From assembly GCA_016794505.1 (NCBI GenBank), contig JAEUJZ010000076.1, forward strand, positions 64,001-128,000: a DNA stretch of 64,000 nucleotides, written 5' to 3'. Below are positions 18,491 through 30,894 of the stretch, piece by piece. The notes under the pieces are model-generated. The model saw nothing but the letters and a program-made list of their open reading frames with translations, was not told the DNA's origin and searched no databases. Every line of letters begins with the position of its first letter. The stretch's first letter is position 1. Origin of the DNA: Myxococcales bacterium. GTDB lineage: Bacteria > Myxococcota_A > Polyangia > Palsa-1104 > JAEUJZ01. A program made the translations under genes and the position numbers.

Positions 18491-19366
18491 TTGCACGTTC
18501 TGCGCACCGCCGATCCCTCCGACAAGCGCGACGGAGTGCGCAGCGTGGCTGCCGCTTTTGCCGCAGGCCGACTGACCCTCGACAGCGAGCGAGTGCTCGT
18601 GCCTGCCCCGTCGTGTGCCGCGTCGGAACACGAGGCCGGTATTCCAGGGCGCCCGTCGCGACCGCTGTTGGTGCCGCCGGATCAGCTTCCCGCTCGCGCC
18701 ATGAACACCGCCGGGGGCCGCGCCGCGCAGATCCACGCCATGGCCCACATCGAGTTCAACGCCATCAACCTGGCTCTGGATGCCGTCGTGCGCTTTTCGC
18801 AGCTGCCGCCCGCTTACTACGCCGACTGGCTGCGCGTCGCCGACGAAGAAGCCCTGCACTTCGACCTGTTGGCCCAGCACCTCTCCAGCCTGGGTTTTGC
18901 CTATGGCGACTTTCCCGCCCACAACGGTCTGTGGGAAATGGCCGAGCGCACCTGCGACGATGTCCTGGCCCGCATGGCGCTGGTGCCGCGGACGCTCGAA
19001 GCCCGCGGGCTCGATGCCTCGCCGCAGGTACGGGCCAAGCTGTGGCAGGCCGGAGACCATCGCGCCGCCGAGATCCTCGACGTCATTCTGCGCGATGAGA
19101 TCGGCCATGTCGCCGTCGGCAATCGCTGGTTTTACTTCCTGTGCGACGCGCGTCAGCTGGATCCGCTATCGACCCAGATCGATCTGGCCCAGCGGTACCG
19201 CGCTCCGCGCCTGCACGGCCCGTACAACCTGCAAGCTCGCGCCCTGGCTGGCTTCCACACTGCCGAGCTAGCCCTGCTGGCCGCCGAGCGCTCGGCGCCG
19301 TCGGTGCGCAAGCAACGTGCGAGACCCCATCGCCCAGCCGCAGGCGAAAAAAACCCAACAGATTGA
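18491..19366 (+). CDS. ferritin-like DUF455-family protein
   Basis: 'ADPSDKRDGV...' N-terminus and 'ALHFDLLAQHL...DEIGHVAVGNRWF' helices. The annotated start is TTG. A conserved-looking N-terminus continues upstream in frame with no canonical start codon. Confidence 0.6.
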   Translation: MHVLRTADPSDKRDGVRSVAAAFAAGRLTLDSERVLVPAPSCAASEHEAGIPGRPSRPLLVPPDQLPARAMNTAGGRAAQIHAMAHIEFNAINLALDAVVRFSQLPPAYYADWLRVADEEALHFDLLAQHLSSLGFAYGDFPAHNGLWEMAERTCDDVLARMALVPRTLEARGLDASPQVRAKLWQAGDHRAAEILDVILRDEIGHVAVGNRWFYFLCDARQLDPLSTQIDLAQRYRAPRLHGPYNLQARALAGFHTAELALLAAERSAPSVRKQRARPHRPAAGEKNPTD

Positions 19367-19508
19367 GCAACTTTGCGCACGCGGGCCCGACAACTTCCCG
19401 CCATGCGCGAAAAATCGCTATCCTCGTCCCGTGCGCTCTCTTCCGTCGCTGTTTTGTCGTGGTTGTCATCGTTGGCACGGGTCTGCGCTCAGCGCGCGAC
19501 TGCGCCAC

Positions 19509-20594
19509 GTGCTTGCGCTGTGGCTGTTGGCCTGGTCGCTTGTGTCCTGTGCCAAGTCGGCCGAGCACCGCGTGTCGCGCTCGCGACCGCGTGTCGACGA
19601 GCCGCAGCAGACCGTGCCCAAGTCGACGAAGAGAGGCCCAAGCTCGCCCAGCAGCGACGAGCAGCCAGCGACGGACCGGCCGATCCAGCGCTCGGCCGCG
19701 GCGCGCGTGGACCAGCGGGGCACGCTGTCGATCACCTTTTTCGACATTGGGCAGGGCGATGCCGCGCTGGTGGTGACGCCGACGGGCAAGCGCATCCTCA
19801 TCGACGGAGGTCCGCCCGAGGGAACGAATGCGCTCCTTTCGGCGTTGGCCGAGCGGCAGATCGATCGGCTCGATCTGGTGCTGCTCAGCCATCCGCACTT
19901 GGATCACCTGGCTGGCCTGCGGCGCGTCGTCGAGCGCATCCCGATCGCGACCTATATGGACGCCGGGTACGAGAGCACATCGCCCCCCTATCGCGCGCTC
20001 TTGCAGGCGCTCAGCGAGCGCAGCATTCCGGTCAAGCAAGCCAAGCGAGGTCGATCGATCGACGGCGGCGGGGGCGTCACGCTCTTGCTGCTGGCACCGC
20101 CCGATCCCTTTATCGATCGCTCCCGCTCGGACGTGAACGCCAACTCGGTCGTCGTGCGCTTGAGCTATGCCGGCCACTCGGTGCTGTTTACTGGCGATGC
20201 CGAGCCCGAGACCGAGCGCTGGCTGCTGGCGCAGTATGGCCCCGGCGCCAGCCCACCGCCCGAGACCGCGGGGCTGCTTGCGGCCGATGTGCTCAAGGTC
20301 GCGCACCATGGCGGCAAGTACTCTTCGACGGCCACGTTCCTGTCAGTGGTGCGACCGCAGCTTGCTGTGATCTCGTGCGCTGCGGTCAACGACTATGGCC
20401 ATCCCACGCCCGAGACCTTGGGCCGCTTGGAAAAAGTCGGCGCCCGCGTCCTGCGCACGGATCAGCTTGGGCACATCACGCTGCGCAGCCGCGACGGTCA
20501 GGCTTGGGAAGTCGACACCCAGCCAGCGACGCCCGAAAGTCCGCATGCCACGCCCAACCCGCGCTCGGGCAAACCCGCAAAGGACGAACTGTGA
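19509..20594 (+). CDS. MBL-fold metallo-hydrolase (ComEC/Rec2 C-terminal-domain-like), lipoprotein
   Basis: 'LSHPHLDHLAGL' is the HxHxDH motif; '...VAHHG' follows. Lipobox 'LVSC'. The start is ambiguous: GTG 19509, CTG 19497 or ATG 19317 overlapping the upstream gene. Confidence 0.65.
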   Translation: MLALWLLAWSLVSCAKSAEHRVSRSRPRVDEPQQTVPKSTKRGPSSPSSDEQPATDRPIQRSAAARVDQRGTLSITFFDIGQGDAALVVTPTGKRILIDGGPPEGTNALLSALAERQIDRLDLVLLSHPHLDHLAGLRRVVERIPIATYMDAGYESTSPPYRALLQALSERSIPVKQAKRGRSIDGGGGVTLLLLAPPDPFIDRSRSDVNANSVVVRLSYAGHSVLFTGDAEPETERWLLAQYGPGASPPPETAGLLAADVLKVAHHGGKYSSTATFLSVVRPQLAVISCAAVNDYGHPTPETLGRLEKVGARVLRTDQLGHITLRSRDGQAWEVDTQPATPESPHATPNPRSGKPAKDEL

Positions 20595-20977
20595 TGCCGC
20601 GCTCTTCTTCTTCCGTGCCGCCGGCTGCCGAGCCGCTGTCAGAACCCCGCTCGGTCGCGGCGAGCGATTCGCCGCCTGCTTCCCCAGTCCATCCCCCAGC
20701 GACGCCTGCCGCTGCACCGCAGGCGGCTGCACCGCCGACGGCTCTTGCCTATGTCGATGCCATCGAGGGCGACGTGGTGCGCGTGCTCTTTGCCGACCGT
20801 GCAGGCGAGTGGCGCCCCTTTTCCATTCCGCTCCACGTGCTGCCGGCCGATATCAAGGAAAATTCCTGGATTTCTTTACGCGGGTACACGCATGAGCCAC
20901 CGCCGTGGGCAGAGAGCGTCCGCGCGCTGCGCGCCCGTTTGGGCCGCGACGACGACGGCGGTGACTTCTCGCTCTAG
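20594..20977 (+). CDS. DUF3006-like small protein
   Basis: TGATG overlap with the MBL gene. 'YVDAIEGDVVRVLFADRAGEWRPFSIPLHVLPADIKENSWISL' matches the DUF3006 pattern, which typically partners MBL/ComEC-like genes. Confidence 0.5.
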   Translation: MPRSSSSVPPAAEPLSEPRSVAASDSPPASPVHPPATPAAAPQAAAPPTALAYVDAIEGDVVRVLFADRAGEWRPFSIPLHVLPADIKENSWISLRGYTHEPPPWAESVRALRARLGRDDDGGDFSL

Positions 20978-21016
20978 CTCCCGTCGCTGTACCGTCGCTG
21001 TACCGTCGCTGCGCTG

Positions 21017-21823
21017 CTAGCTTTGGGCTTTGCGCTGGGCGCTGTCGCAGAACCAGCGGACGATGCCGGGCACGATGCCGTGCGCGCGGGTGGCAGCGCG
21101 CGAGCCAAAGTCGGCGAAGATCTCGAAGGTGCCGTGGGCGATGCCGCGGGCGATGGCCAGCGCGACATCGTCGGGGGCAAGCGGCTTGACGGTGCCGGCG
21201 ATGGCCTTGGTCTCGGCCGGCTTGAACTGGTTTTCAAACGCAAGCTGCGGCGTGTCGGTGTCGGGCGGCATGCAGACGCTGACGGCGATGCCGTGGGGAA
21301 AAAGCTCGGCGCGCAGGGCCTGCGAAAAGCCACAGATCGCGAACTTGCTGGCCGCATACGCGCTGTAGCCATAGATGCCGATGACCCCAGCCAGCGACGA
21401 GACATTGCAGATCCGGCCACCGCCGTTTTCGATCATGTGCGGCACCAGCGCCCGGCACATGTGGACCGTGCCGAAATAGTTGATGTCCATCATCGAATGA
21501 AACTCGGCCATGGGTAGCTCGATGAAGCGGCCGGGCATGACGACGCCCGCGTTGTTCACCAGCACGTCGACCTTGCCGCCTTGCAGCACGCGCCCCATCG
21601 CGGCGTTGACCTCGGACTCTTTGCTGATGTCGAGCGAGACCAGCTCGACGCGGCCTTTGCCGCCGAGCTTTTCCACGGCGCTCTTGGCCTCTTCAAGCTG
21701 GGCGGTGCGGCGTGCGATCAGCACGACATCGGCGCCGGCCAGGGCGACACGCTTGGCCAGGGACAGGCCAATGCCGCTGGAGGCTCCGGTGATTACAACC
21801 CGACGATCGGCAAAAAAACTCAT
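21017..21823 (-). CDS. SDR-family short-chain dehydrogenase/reductase
   Basis: 'VVITGASSGIGLSLA' (TGxxxGxG), 'NNAG', catalytic 'YSAYAASK'. Confidence 0.88.
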   Translation of the reverse strand: MSFFADRRVVITGASSGIGLSLAKRVALAGADVVLIARRTAQLEEAKSAVEKLGGKGRVELVSLDISKESEVNAAMGRVLQGGKVDVLVNNAGVVMPGRFIELPMAEFHSMMDINYFGTVHMCRALVPHMIENGGGRICNVSSLAGVIGIYGYSAYAASKFAICGFSQALRAELFPHGIAVSVCMPPDTDTPQLAFENQFKPAETKAIAGTVKPLAPDDVALAIARGIAHGTFEIFADFGSRAATRAHGIVPGIVRWFCDSAQRKAQS

Positions 21824-22006
21824 GGTCGATTTGTCCTTTTCGTTCTGCGTGGGCTCGGCTGCGCGGCGCGGTGTCCAGCGACGGGGAAAAAGCCAAGATG
21901 CCGCGGGGCTGAGTGCGGCCAGAAGAGGCTCTGGCGCTGGGTGTGCGGCTCGCCTGCGGCAGGGTAACGCAAAAGCCAGGTGCCGCGGCAGGCCTGTGTA
22001 CGGCGT

Positions 22007-22291
22007 CTATGCAGGCGGCTTGCGCGCAGCGAAGCGACTGAACAGCGCCGCCCCGGCCGCATAGACCAGGCCATTTAGGACGCTGGCTGCGATCACCAGG
22101 GCGACGGTGCCGGGCTGCGAGAGATGCAGCACCTCGGCGCTCATGTCGACGAGCGCACCCGGCAGAGCCAAGACCAACCACAAGAGCGTGGCCAGCGGCT
22201 GCAGCGCACCCCCGACATGGGCGAACGCCAGCAGCACAAGATGCACGAGCACTCCGACCAGAAACGCACGGGCTTGGGGGCGCAAGGTCAT
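22007..22291 (-). CDS. small hydrophobic membrane protein, hypothetical
   Basis: Three predicted TM helices. Weak RBS. Confidence 0.3.
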   Translation of the reverse strand: MTLRPQARAFLVGVLVHLVLLAFAHVGGALQPLATLLWLVLALPGALVDMSAEVLHLSQPGTVALVIAASVLNGLVYAAGAALFSRFAARKPPA

Positions 22292-22351
22292 GGAAGCTAG
22301 GTCTTCTGCCCCGCGTCGCGAGGGGCCGTAAAGGCTGGCTGCGGAACGACC

Positions 22352-22462
22352 CAATATGCGTTGGGCAATAAAAATAATATCGAAATATTAATAATCATCA
22401 CAAAGAAGTCGATGATAAATAGACATATGATTATTTGTCTTTTAATTATTGATTCATTGCGC
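22352..22462. other. about 110-bp AT-rich tract (<25% GC) in a ~70% GC genome
   Basis: Seen directly. Contains ATTAATAATC, which is shared with the 48221-48333 tract. Confidence 0.8.
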
Positions 22463-23153
22463 CATGGCGCTGCGGACGCGTGGACAGGCGGGTGGCGCGG
22501 GCTCGACGGCGCAGTCCCCACAGAGCCGCCGCTAACCACAGCGAAAACGGACCGGCTGTCGTCGCCGTGGGGCCGGCGGCATAGTGGCAGCTGGCGCGGC
22601 GCGGTGTGCTGCTTGGGGGCGCGGCAGCCTGGCTGTCTGTCGTCGACACAGGGGCGGTCGCCGGGGGGACGCTATCCGTTGCGGCCGCGGCTGAAGGGAC
22701 TGCGGCGACCTGTACGGCGGGGGCGTTCGGGCTGCCCGTCGGGGTCCAGTTGGCAAAGCGCGCGGCCTGGCGCGACGCCGCATCGCGAAAGCTGCCGCAC
22801 AGCTTGCGCTTCTGACAGGAGAGCCCCGAGGGACACGTCAGCCCGCCGGGCCCCGTTTCACAGACGCGCACGGCCCGGCCACTGCCGCTGGCACAGACGC
22901 TGGCGTCCATGCAGGGGATGATGCCTTTCCAGCTGCAGTCGGCGTCCTTCTGGCATTCCCACGGCACGCAGACGGGCCCGACGTCGAGCTTCCAGCCAGG
23001 CGGACAGGCGATAGGCTCGCGACAGGAAAACGCGTCGACCTGTTCCCAGCCCGGCGGGCAGGGAGGCATCGGAGGTGCGTCCGCGCGGGCCGGCAGAGCC
23101 AGACCCAGCCCGCAGACGCCAACCAACAGTCCGACGAAATGCATGGTTCGCAT
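22446..23153 (-). CDS. secreted Cys-rich protein with MYXO-CTERM-like C-terminal sorting signal
   Basis: N-terminal signal peptide, many CP/CxC pairs. C-terminus 'GPFSLWLAAALWGLRRRAR' is a Gly/Cys region + hydrophobic helix + Arg cluster. Confidence 0.55.
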   Translation of the reverse strand: MRTMHFVGLLVGVCGLGLALPARADAPPMPPCPPGWEQVDAFSCREPIACPPGWKLDVGPVCVPWECQKDADCSWKGIIPCMDASVCASGSGRAVRVCETGPGGLTCPSGLSCQKRKLCGSFRDAASRQAARFANWTPTGSPNAPAVQVAAVPSAAAATDSVPPATAPVSTTDSQAAAPPSSTPRRASCHYAAGPTATTAGPFSLWLAAALWGLRRRARATRLSTRPQRHGAMNQ

Positions 23154-23226
23154 GGTGCAGCCGCCCCTTTTTTTGCGTAGACATCGACAGGATAGCGAAA
23201 AGCGCCCCGCGGAGGGCCCACGGACA

Positions 23227-23260
23227 TCAGGCGTCTAGACGTCTAGACGTCAGGCGTCTA
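23227..23260. terminator. palindromic/tandem element (tcaggcgtcta GACGTCTAGACGTC aggcgtcta) at the 3' end of the methyltransferase gene
   Basis: GACGTCTAGACGTC is a perfect 14-bp palindrome. It overlaps the stop codon. Confidence 0.3.
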
Positions 23261-24872
23261 ATAGGGCCAGCTTGGCCAGCGAGCCAAGCTGGGTCTGCAC
23301 TTCATCCGATAGTGCCTGCAGCCGCGTTGAACGATCGCTCGCTGCGCCCGCAAGGCGGCCTAGATCAAGAGCGCCCGCATCCGCCATCTGCGCAAGCTCA
23401 GCGACGAGAGCGGCGACATCGCGACTGCCATCGAGCAGCGGCACGAGCTTCTGTGGAAGGGCATCGAGGCCGATGTTTTCATGGAACAGGTTTGTGACTT
23501 CGTCGCCCCGCAGAAGCTGCCGACGCGCAAAGGCCCGAGCCCGCGGTGTCGGCCCTGGTATCGACGGAAACGACGGCGCCACGGCGTGCAGGCGCAGCAG
23601 GCGGTTTTCGGAAAAGAACGCCCGCAGGACATAGCGACCGAGCACATCCACATCGTCGCTGGACAACGGCTCTGTGGCTTGCGTGCGCTGCCAGGCGGCG
23701 TTGCACAGATCCGAAAAGCAAAGGGCCCGCGGCGCCTGCTCGGCAAGGATCGAAAACGCAGCCTTGGTCAGCGGGTGGTTGGTGCGCAAGACGGCATCGT
23801 CGGGACCGCGAAACTCGGCGGGCGCGTCGCCCTGCGTCTCGATGGGGCCTGTGGGTCGCCAGCCCGAGGTGACAAACAGCCGGTGCAGATCAGCGGTCTG
23901 AGGCTCGCTGCGCAGCGGTGCTTCGCCTTGACACAAAAGGCTCTGGCGAAAGGTCCGCATGCCGGCAAAGTCGGCGTACTGCTCTAGATCCATCGGCGTC
24001 TCGACGGCGGGACGCAGGCCCGCGATGGCTTCTGGGCTGAGCGACGGCGGCAGCCCGCGGCGAAACTCGGCATCGGCGAGATAGCGCAGGCCAAAGCGCC
24101 CAGCATGATTGACGAAGGTGCTGAAATAAACGGGCGTACAGGGATCGCCAATGAGGTCGTGCAAGATCGCTTGATCGCGCCACACACCCAGCCTCTGCAA
24201 GCGCGCGGCGAAGTCGCGGCCATAGCGGCTAATAAACGGGGCGAGCTCGCCGGTTTCCGCGTCGGTCAATAGCGGTAGCAACGCGGCCCCAGACAGCGCT
24301 CGCTGCAGACGCTCCGCCGGATCGCGGGCGCTGCGGCTGTGGAACGAAAGGAAGTCGCGCAGCACCTGCACGATGCGCCAGCCGGGAAGCAGGTTGTAGC
24401 TGACAAACGCGACTCCGTGCGGGGCCAAGTGCCGTCGACACAGTGCAAAGATGCGATCCTGCACGGGCTTGGGCACCCAGGAATACAGGCAGTGGGCAAC
24501 GATGAAGTCGAACTCACCCAGCGACGGATCGCCAGGCGAAAGCTGCAACAGATCGCCCTGCCGAAGCTCGATGTTTTTCAGGCCCAGCGCGGCGATCTCG
24601 GCCTGGCCCATGGCGATGTGCCGCGGGGATAGATCGATGCCCAGGCAGCGCGCCTCGGGCAGGCTGTCGGCGATTGCGATGAGGTTGTTGCCGTCGCCGC
24701 AGGCTAGCTCAAGGACGCGGCAGCGCCGCACATCGGGACAGGGCAGGCCAGCGAGCGTGGCCAGCACGGCGAGGCGACTGGGATGGCTCTCGGAACAGGG
24801 GCGGCCGTGATAGGGCAGCGCTTCATACGCTTGCGCCTGCGGGCGCGAGTCGGGATGGATCGATGCGGTCAT
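23250..24872 (-). CDS. class I SAM-dependent methyltransferase with C-terminal methyltransferase-regulatory domain
   Basis: 'VLELACGDGNNL' is SAM-binding motif I; 'DFIVAHCLYSWV' is motif II-like. The long C-terminal domain is as in PF10119-containing proteins. Confidence 0.75.
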   Translation of the reverse strand: MTASIHPDSRPQAQAYEALPYHGRPCSESHPSRLAVLATLAGLPCPDVRRCRVLELACGDGNNLIAIADSLPEARCLGIDLSPRHIAMGQAEIAALGLKNIELRQGDLLQLSPGDPSLGEFDFIVAHCLYSWVPKPVQDRIFALCRRHLAPHGVAFVSYNLLPGWRIVQVLRDFLSFHSRSARDPAERLQRALSGAALLPLLTDAETGELAPFISRYGRDFAARLQRLGVWRDQAILHDLIGDPCTPVYFSTFVNHAGRFGLRYLADAEFRRGLPPSLSPEAIAGLRPAVETPMDLEQYADFAGMRTFRQSLLCQGEAPLRSEPQTADLHRLFVTSGWRPTGPIETQGDAPAEFRGPDDAVLRTNHPLTKAAFSILAEQAPRALCFSDLCNAAWQRTQATEPLSSDDVDVLGRYVLRAFFSENRLLRLHAVAPSFPSIPGPTPRARAFARRQLLRGDEVTNLFHENIGLDALPQKLVPLLDGSRDVAALVAELAQMADAGALDLGRLAGAASDRSTRLQALSDEVQTQLGSLAKLALLDA

Positions 24873-24954
24873 TGCTCTCGATGGTACGCGCGTCCGCCAC
24901 CGATCCGAAGCGCCTGCTTAGGCCGAGCCCGCGCGCTGGGCTGATTGGGTCTTG

Positions 24955-25323
24955 CTAGCCAAGACGGCTCTTGAGGCTGCCATCGGCAAGCTGCTTGACG
25001 ACGTCGTCGTAGCCACCGATCAGCACGCCGCGCACAAAGACCTGCGGGAAGGTTGGCCAGCCGCTCCACATCTTGATGGCCAGGCGGCGCTTCCACTCGC
25101 CGAAATAGCTGCCGTATTCCAGGTAGGTGAACGCAACGCCGGCCTCGGACAGCGCCTTGCGCACCTTTTTGACAAAGGGGTTCTGCGCCATACCGACGAC
25201 AACCACGGGGTCGCGGGCGACGGTGGTGCTGACCTCGCGCACGGTGTCGGCGTGAAAGCCAGCGATGCGCTCAAGGACTTCGGGGGCCAGCTTGTCTTGC
25301 GGCAACAGCAGACGTTCGGACAT
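24955..25323 (-). CDS. monothiol-glutaredoxin-like (Grx4 fold) protein lacking the active-site cysteine
   Basis: 'WPTFPQVFVRGVLIGGYDDV' is the Grx C-terminal motif. The position of CGFS is 'AQNP'. AGGAG RBS. Confidence 0.6.
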   Translation of the reverse strand: MSERLLLPQDKLAPEVLERIAGFHADTVREVSTTVARDPVVVVGMAQNPFVKKVRKALSEAGVAFTYLEYGSYFGEWKRRLAIKMWSGWPTFPQVFVRGVLIGGYDDVVKQLADGSLKSRLG

Positions 25324-25459
25324 GGGGCTCTCCTTTTTGGGGGGACGCAGGCACAACGCAGAGTGCGGCTCTTTTACTTCGCGGCTCGACCGGCAGGGAA
25401 AGAATTGACAGGGTGACTGAAATTATGTTCAGGTCCAAACCACTGAACAGGAGTTCAAT

Positions 25460-25939
25460 ATGCAGACCCTTCACACGTCCCCGTCTTCCGCTGTTCCTCC
25501 GTCGCTGCAAGCCGTTCTAGAGCTGTTTGAAAACGATCTGGCGCACCTCAAGTTTCCCGATCTCGATCGCGCGGTCCTGGCCGCCTGTGCCGAGCGCGTT
25601 GAAGCGCAGGCCGCGGCGCTGCGCCAGGCCGAAGCGGCGCTGCTCGCCACGCGCGAGGCGCTGCAAGACAGCCTGGATGCCCTGCAGCACAAGTGTCAGC
25701 GCGCCCTGGCCTATGCCCGCATCTACGCCGAGGACGATGTCGAGCTCTTGGGACGCCTGGACGCCGTCGAGATCGTCCGCGCCCGCGGGCCGCGCAGCGT
25801 GTCGAGTGTGCCGACAAGTGGCGGCCCCCGCAGCGATCTGCCGACCCGCGGACGCAGGGGACGACGCAGCCCAGGCGCCGACGATCCGCTGTTCCTAAGC
25901 CCCAGCACGCCCGAGGCCAGCACCTCGCAAGCGGCGTAG
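25460..25939 (+). CDS. hypothetical protein
   Basis: AGGAG RBS 7 nt upstream. Coiled-coil-like N-terminus, Arg-rich tail. Confidence 0.5.
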   Translation: MQTLHTSPSSAVPPSLQAVLELFENDLAHLKFPDLDRAVLAACAERVEAQAAALRQAEAALLATREALQDSLDALQHKCQRALAYARIYAEDDVELLGRLDAVEIVRARGPRSVSSVPTSGGPRSDLPTRGRRGRRSPGADDPLFLSPSTPEASTSQAA

Positions 25940-26065
25940 GGCCGCGGCACGTCCCGGCCGCTTCGTTCCAGCCGCCAACGCTCGATCTTGTACAAGCAGC
26001 CAGAGCTGATCCATGGTGTGCCTCTCGTCGCTATGTAGCGGCGACTCAATCCCGCGAGGTGAACG

Positions 26066-26779
26066 ATGGACTACGGCGTACTCAAGGCACGCATCATCAA
26101 GGGCTATCGCGAAGACGATGACCCCAAAAGTCCCCACTATCAGATCATCTTGGAGCAGCTTGTCGACAAGCAGCAGGGCCTGTTCCGCAAATGGAAGTCG
26201 CCGGTCAACGTCCAGTCCAAGGTCGGGTCCGGCGCCGAGTCCGAGCTGCTTTATTACATCGACACCAACCTGCTCAAGCAGGCCAAGGCGCACCAAGCGC
26301 GGGCCGAGCTTTGGCAGCGCAAGCTAGCGGCGCTTTCCGAGCTGCCCGAGGGCTTTTTTGAAAACCCACGCGCGTCGCGCAACCGCGATCTGGCGCTCGA
26401 TTACGTGCGTGAGCACTACTTTGAGCGCGACGAGATGAACACCATGCCCGCCACGTCGCCGGGGGCCTGGGACGATCTACAGGACTACATCGACTTTTAC
26501 GTGCGGCGCGCTGTCGAAAGTGGCGACTCTGTGACGGCGTACATCTTCGGCGAAGGCATCCGTACGGGCGGCGTGTTCACGGGCGTTCACGACGTTCACA
26601 TGAACCAAGGCAACAGCGGCTCGTATGCCAAGGACAACGGCGCATACCAAGACGGCGGCTTGCTGCTGACCTCGCGCCACAGCACGACGGCGGTCGGGAT
26701 CTTTCTGGCGTTCCAGGGCCAGTCGTTTCAGACCGACGATCAAGGCCAGCCGTTGGTCGCCCAGCAGCAGACGCCGTAA
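26066..26779 (+). CDS. DUF2278 (YukJ-like) family protein
   Basis: 'DYGVLKARIIKGYRE....SPHYQIIL' at the N-terminus and a '...NQGNSG' C-terminal region resemble the YukJ family. Confidence 0.55.
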   Translation: MDYGVLKARIIKGYREDDDPKSPHYQIILEQLVDKQQGLFRKWKSPVNVQSKVGSGAESELLYYIDTNLLKQAKAHQARAELWQRKLAALSELPEGFFENPRASRNRDLALDYVREHYFERDEMNTMPATSPGAWDDLQDYIDFYVRRAVESGDSVTAYIFGEGIRTGGVFTGVHDVHMNQGNSGSYAKDNGAYQDGGLLLTSRHSTTAVGIFLAFQGQSFQTDDQGQPLVAQQQTP

Positions 26780-26862
26780 GCGCGGGCCGCGCACGGGAAA
26801 AACATCGAGGGCGCAGGCGGCTCTGGCGGTAGCATCTAAGAACGCACCCAAGGAGGATAAGG

Positions 26863-27420
26863 ATGAAGAGACTCGCGTTCGCTCTTTCTGCCCTGCTGCT
26901 TTTGACGGATGTGGCGCTGGCGCGCCCGGTGGCCAGTGTCGAAGTGCCCGAGACGCTAAGCGTCGGCGGCAAGACCCTGAAGATCAACGGCGCTGGCATC
27001 CGCAAAAAGTTCGTCATCAAGGTCTATGTCGGCGCGCTGTACCTCGAAGAAAACGCGACCGACCCCGCTGCCATTTTGAAAGCCGACAGCGCCCGCGCGC
27101 TGCAGATGGTCTTTCTGCGCAGCGTCGACAAGGCCAAGATCCTCGGCGCGTACAAAGAAGGCTTCGAGAAGAACGCCGCGGACAAGGCGGCCATCTGGCA
27201 GCCGGCGCTGGAAAAGATCTCGGGCGTAATCGGCGATGCCAAAGACGGCACGACGATCCTCGTCACCTACGTTCCCGGCAAGGGCACGACGGTCTCGGTG
27301 CAGGGCGGTGGCTCGGTGACGATCGAGGGCAAGGACTTCGCCGATGCCATGTTCTCGCTGTGGCTGGGCAAAGATCCAGCCGACGGCGGGCTTAAGCGCG
27401 AGATCCTGGCCGGCAAGTAA
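26863..27420 (+). CDS. chalcone-isomerase-like secreted protein
   Basis: AAGGAGG RBS, signal peptide, 'KFVIKVYVGALYLEE' is the Chalcone_3-like core. Confidence 0.6.
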   Translation: MKRLAFALSALLLLTDVALARPVASVEVPETLSVGGKTLKINGAGIRKKFVIKVYVGALYLEENATDPAAILKADSARALQMVFLRSVDKAKILGAYKEGFEKNAADKAAIWQPALEKISGVIGDAKDGTTILVTYVPGKGTTVSVQGGGSVTIEGKDFADAMFSLWLGKDPADGGLKREILAGK

Positions 27421-27451
27421 CGTCGAGCAGTCTGCGGCTCGCTCACGATCC

Positions 27452-30796
<3,345 letters not shown>

Positions 30797-30894
30797 AACG
30801 CAACGGGTGTATCACCCTCGGCGGCTGCTCACAAGACTGAGAAGTGGGCCGCCCAGCCTGCGCTGCGATGAAGCGCGCCGGTCGCCCAGCGCAG

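Noticed and set aside
19373-20593. N-terminal 400 aa of the 534-aa ORF 19373-20977
   Set aside because: It is an out-of-frame overlap of the MBL-fold gene with R/A/G-rich composition. Only the last 127 codons (from ATG 20594) look like a real DUF3006-like gene.
20978-21016. Short tandem 'cgtcgctgtac' x2.5 between convergent genes
   Set aside because: Too short and imperfect to interpret; it forms no obvious hairpin.
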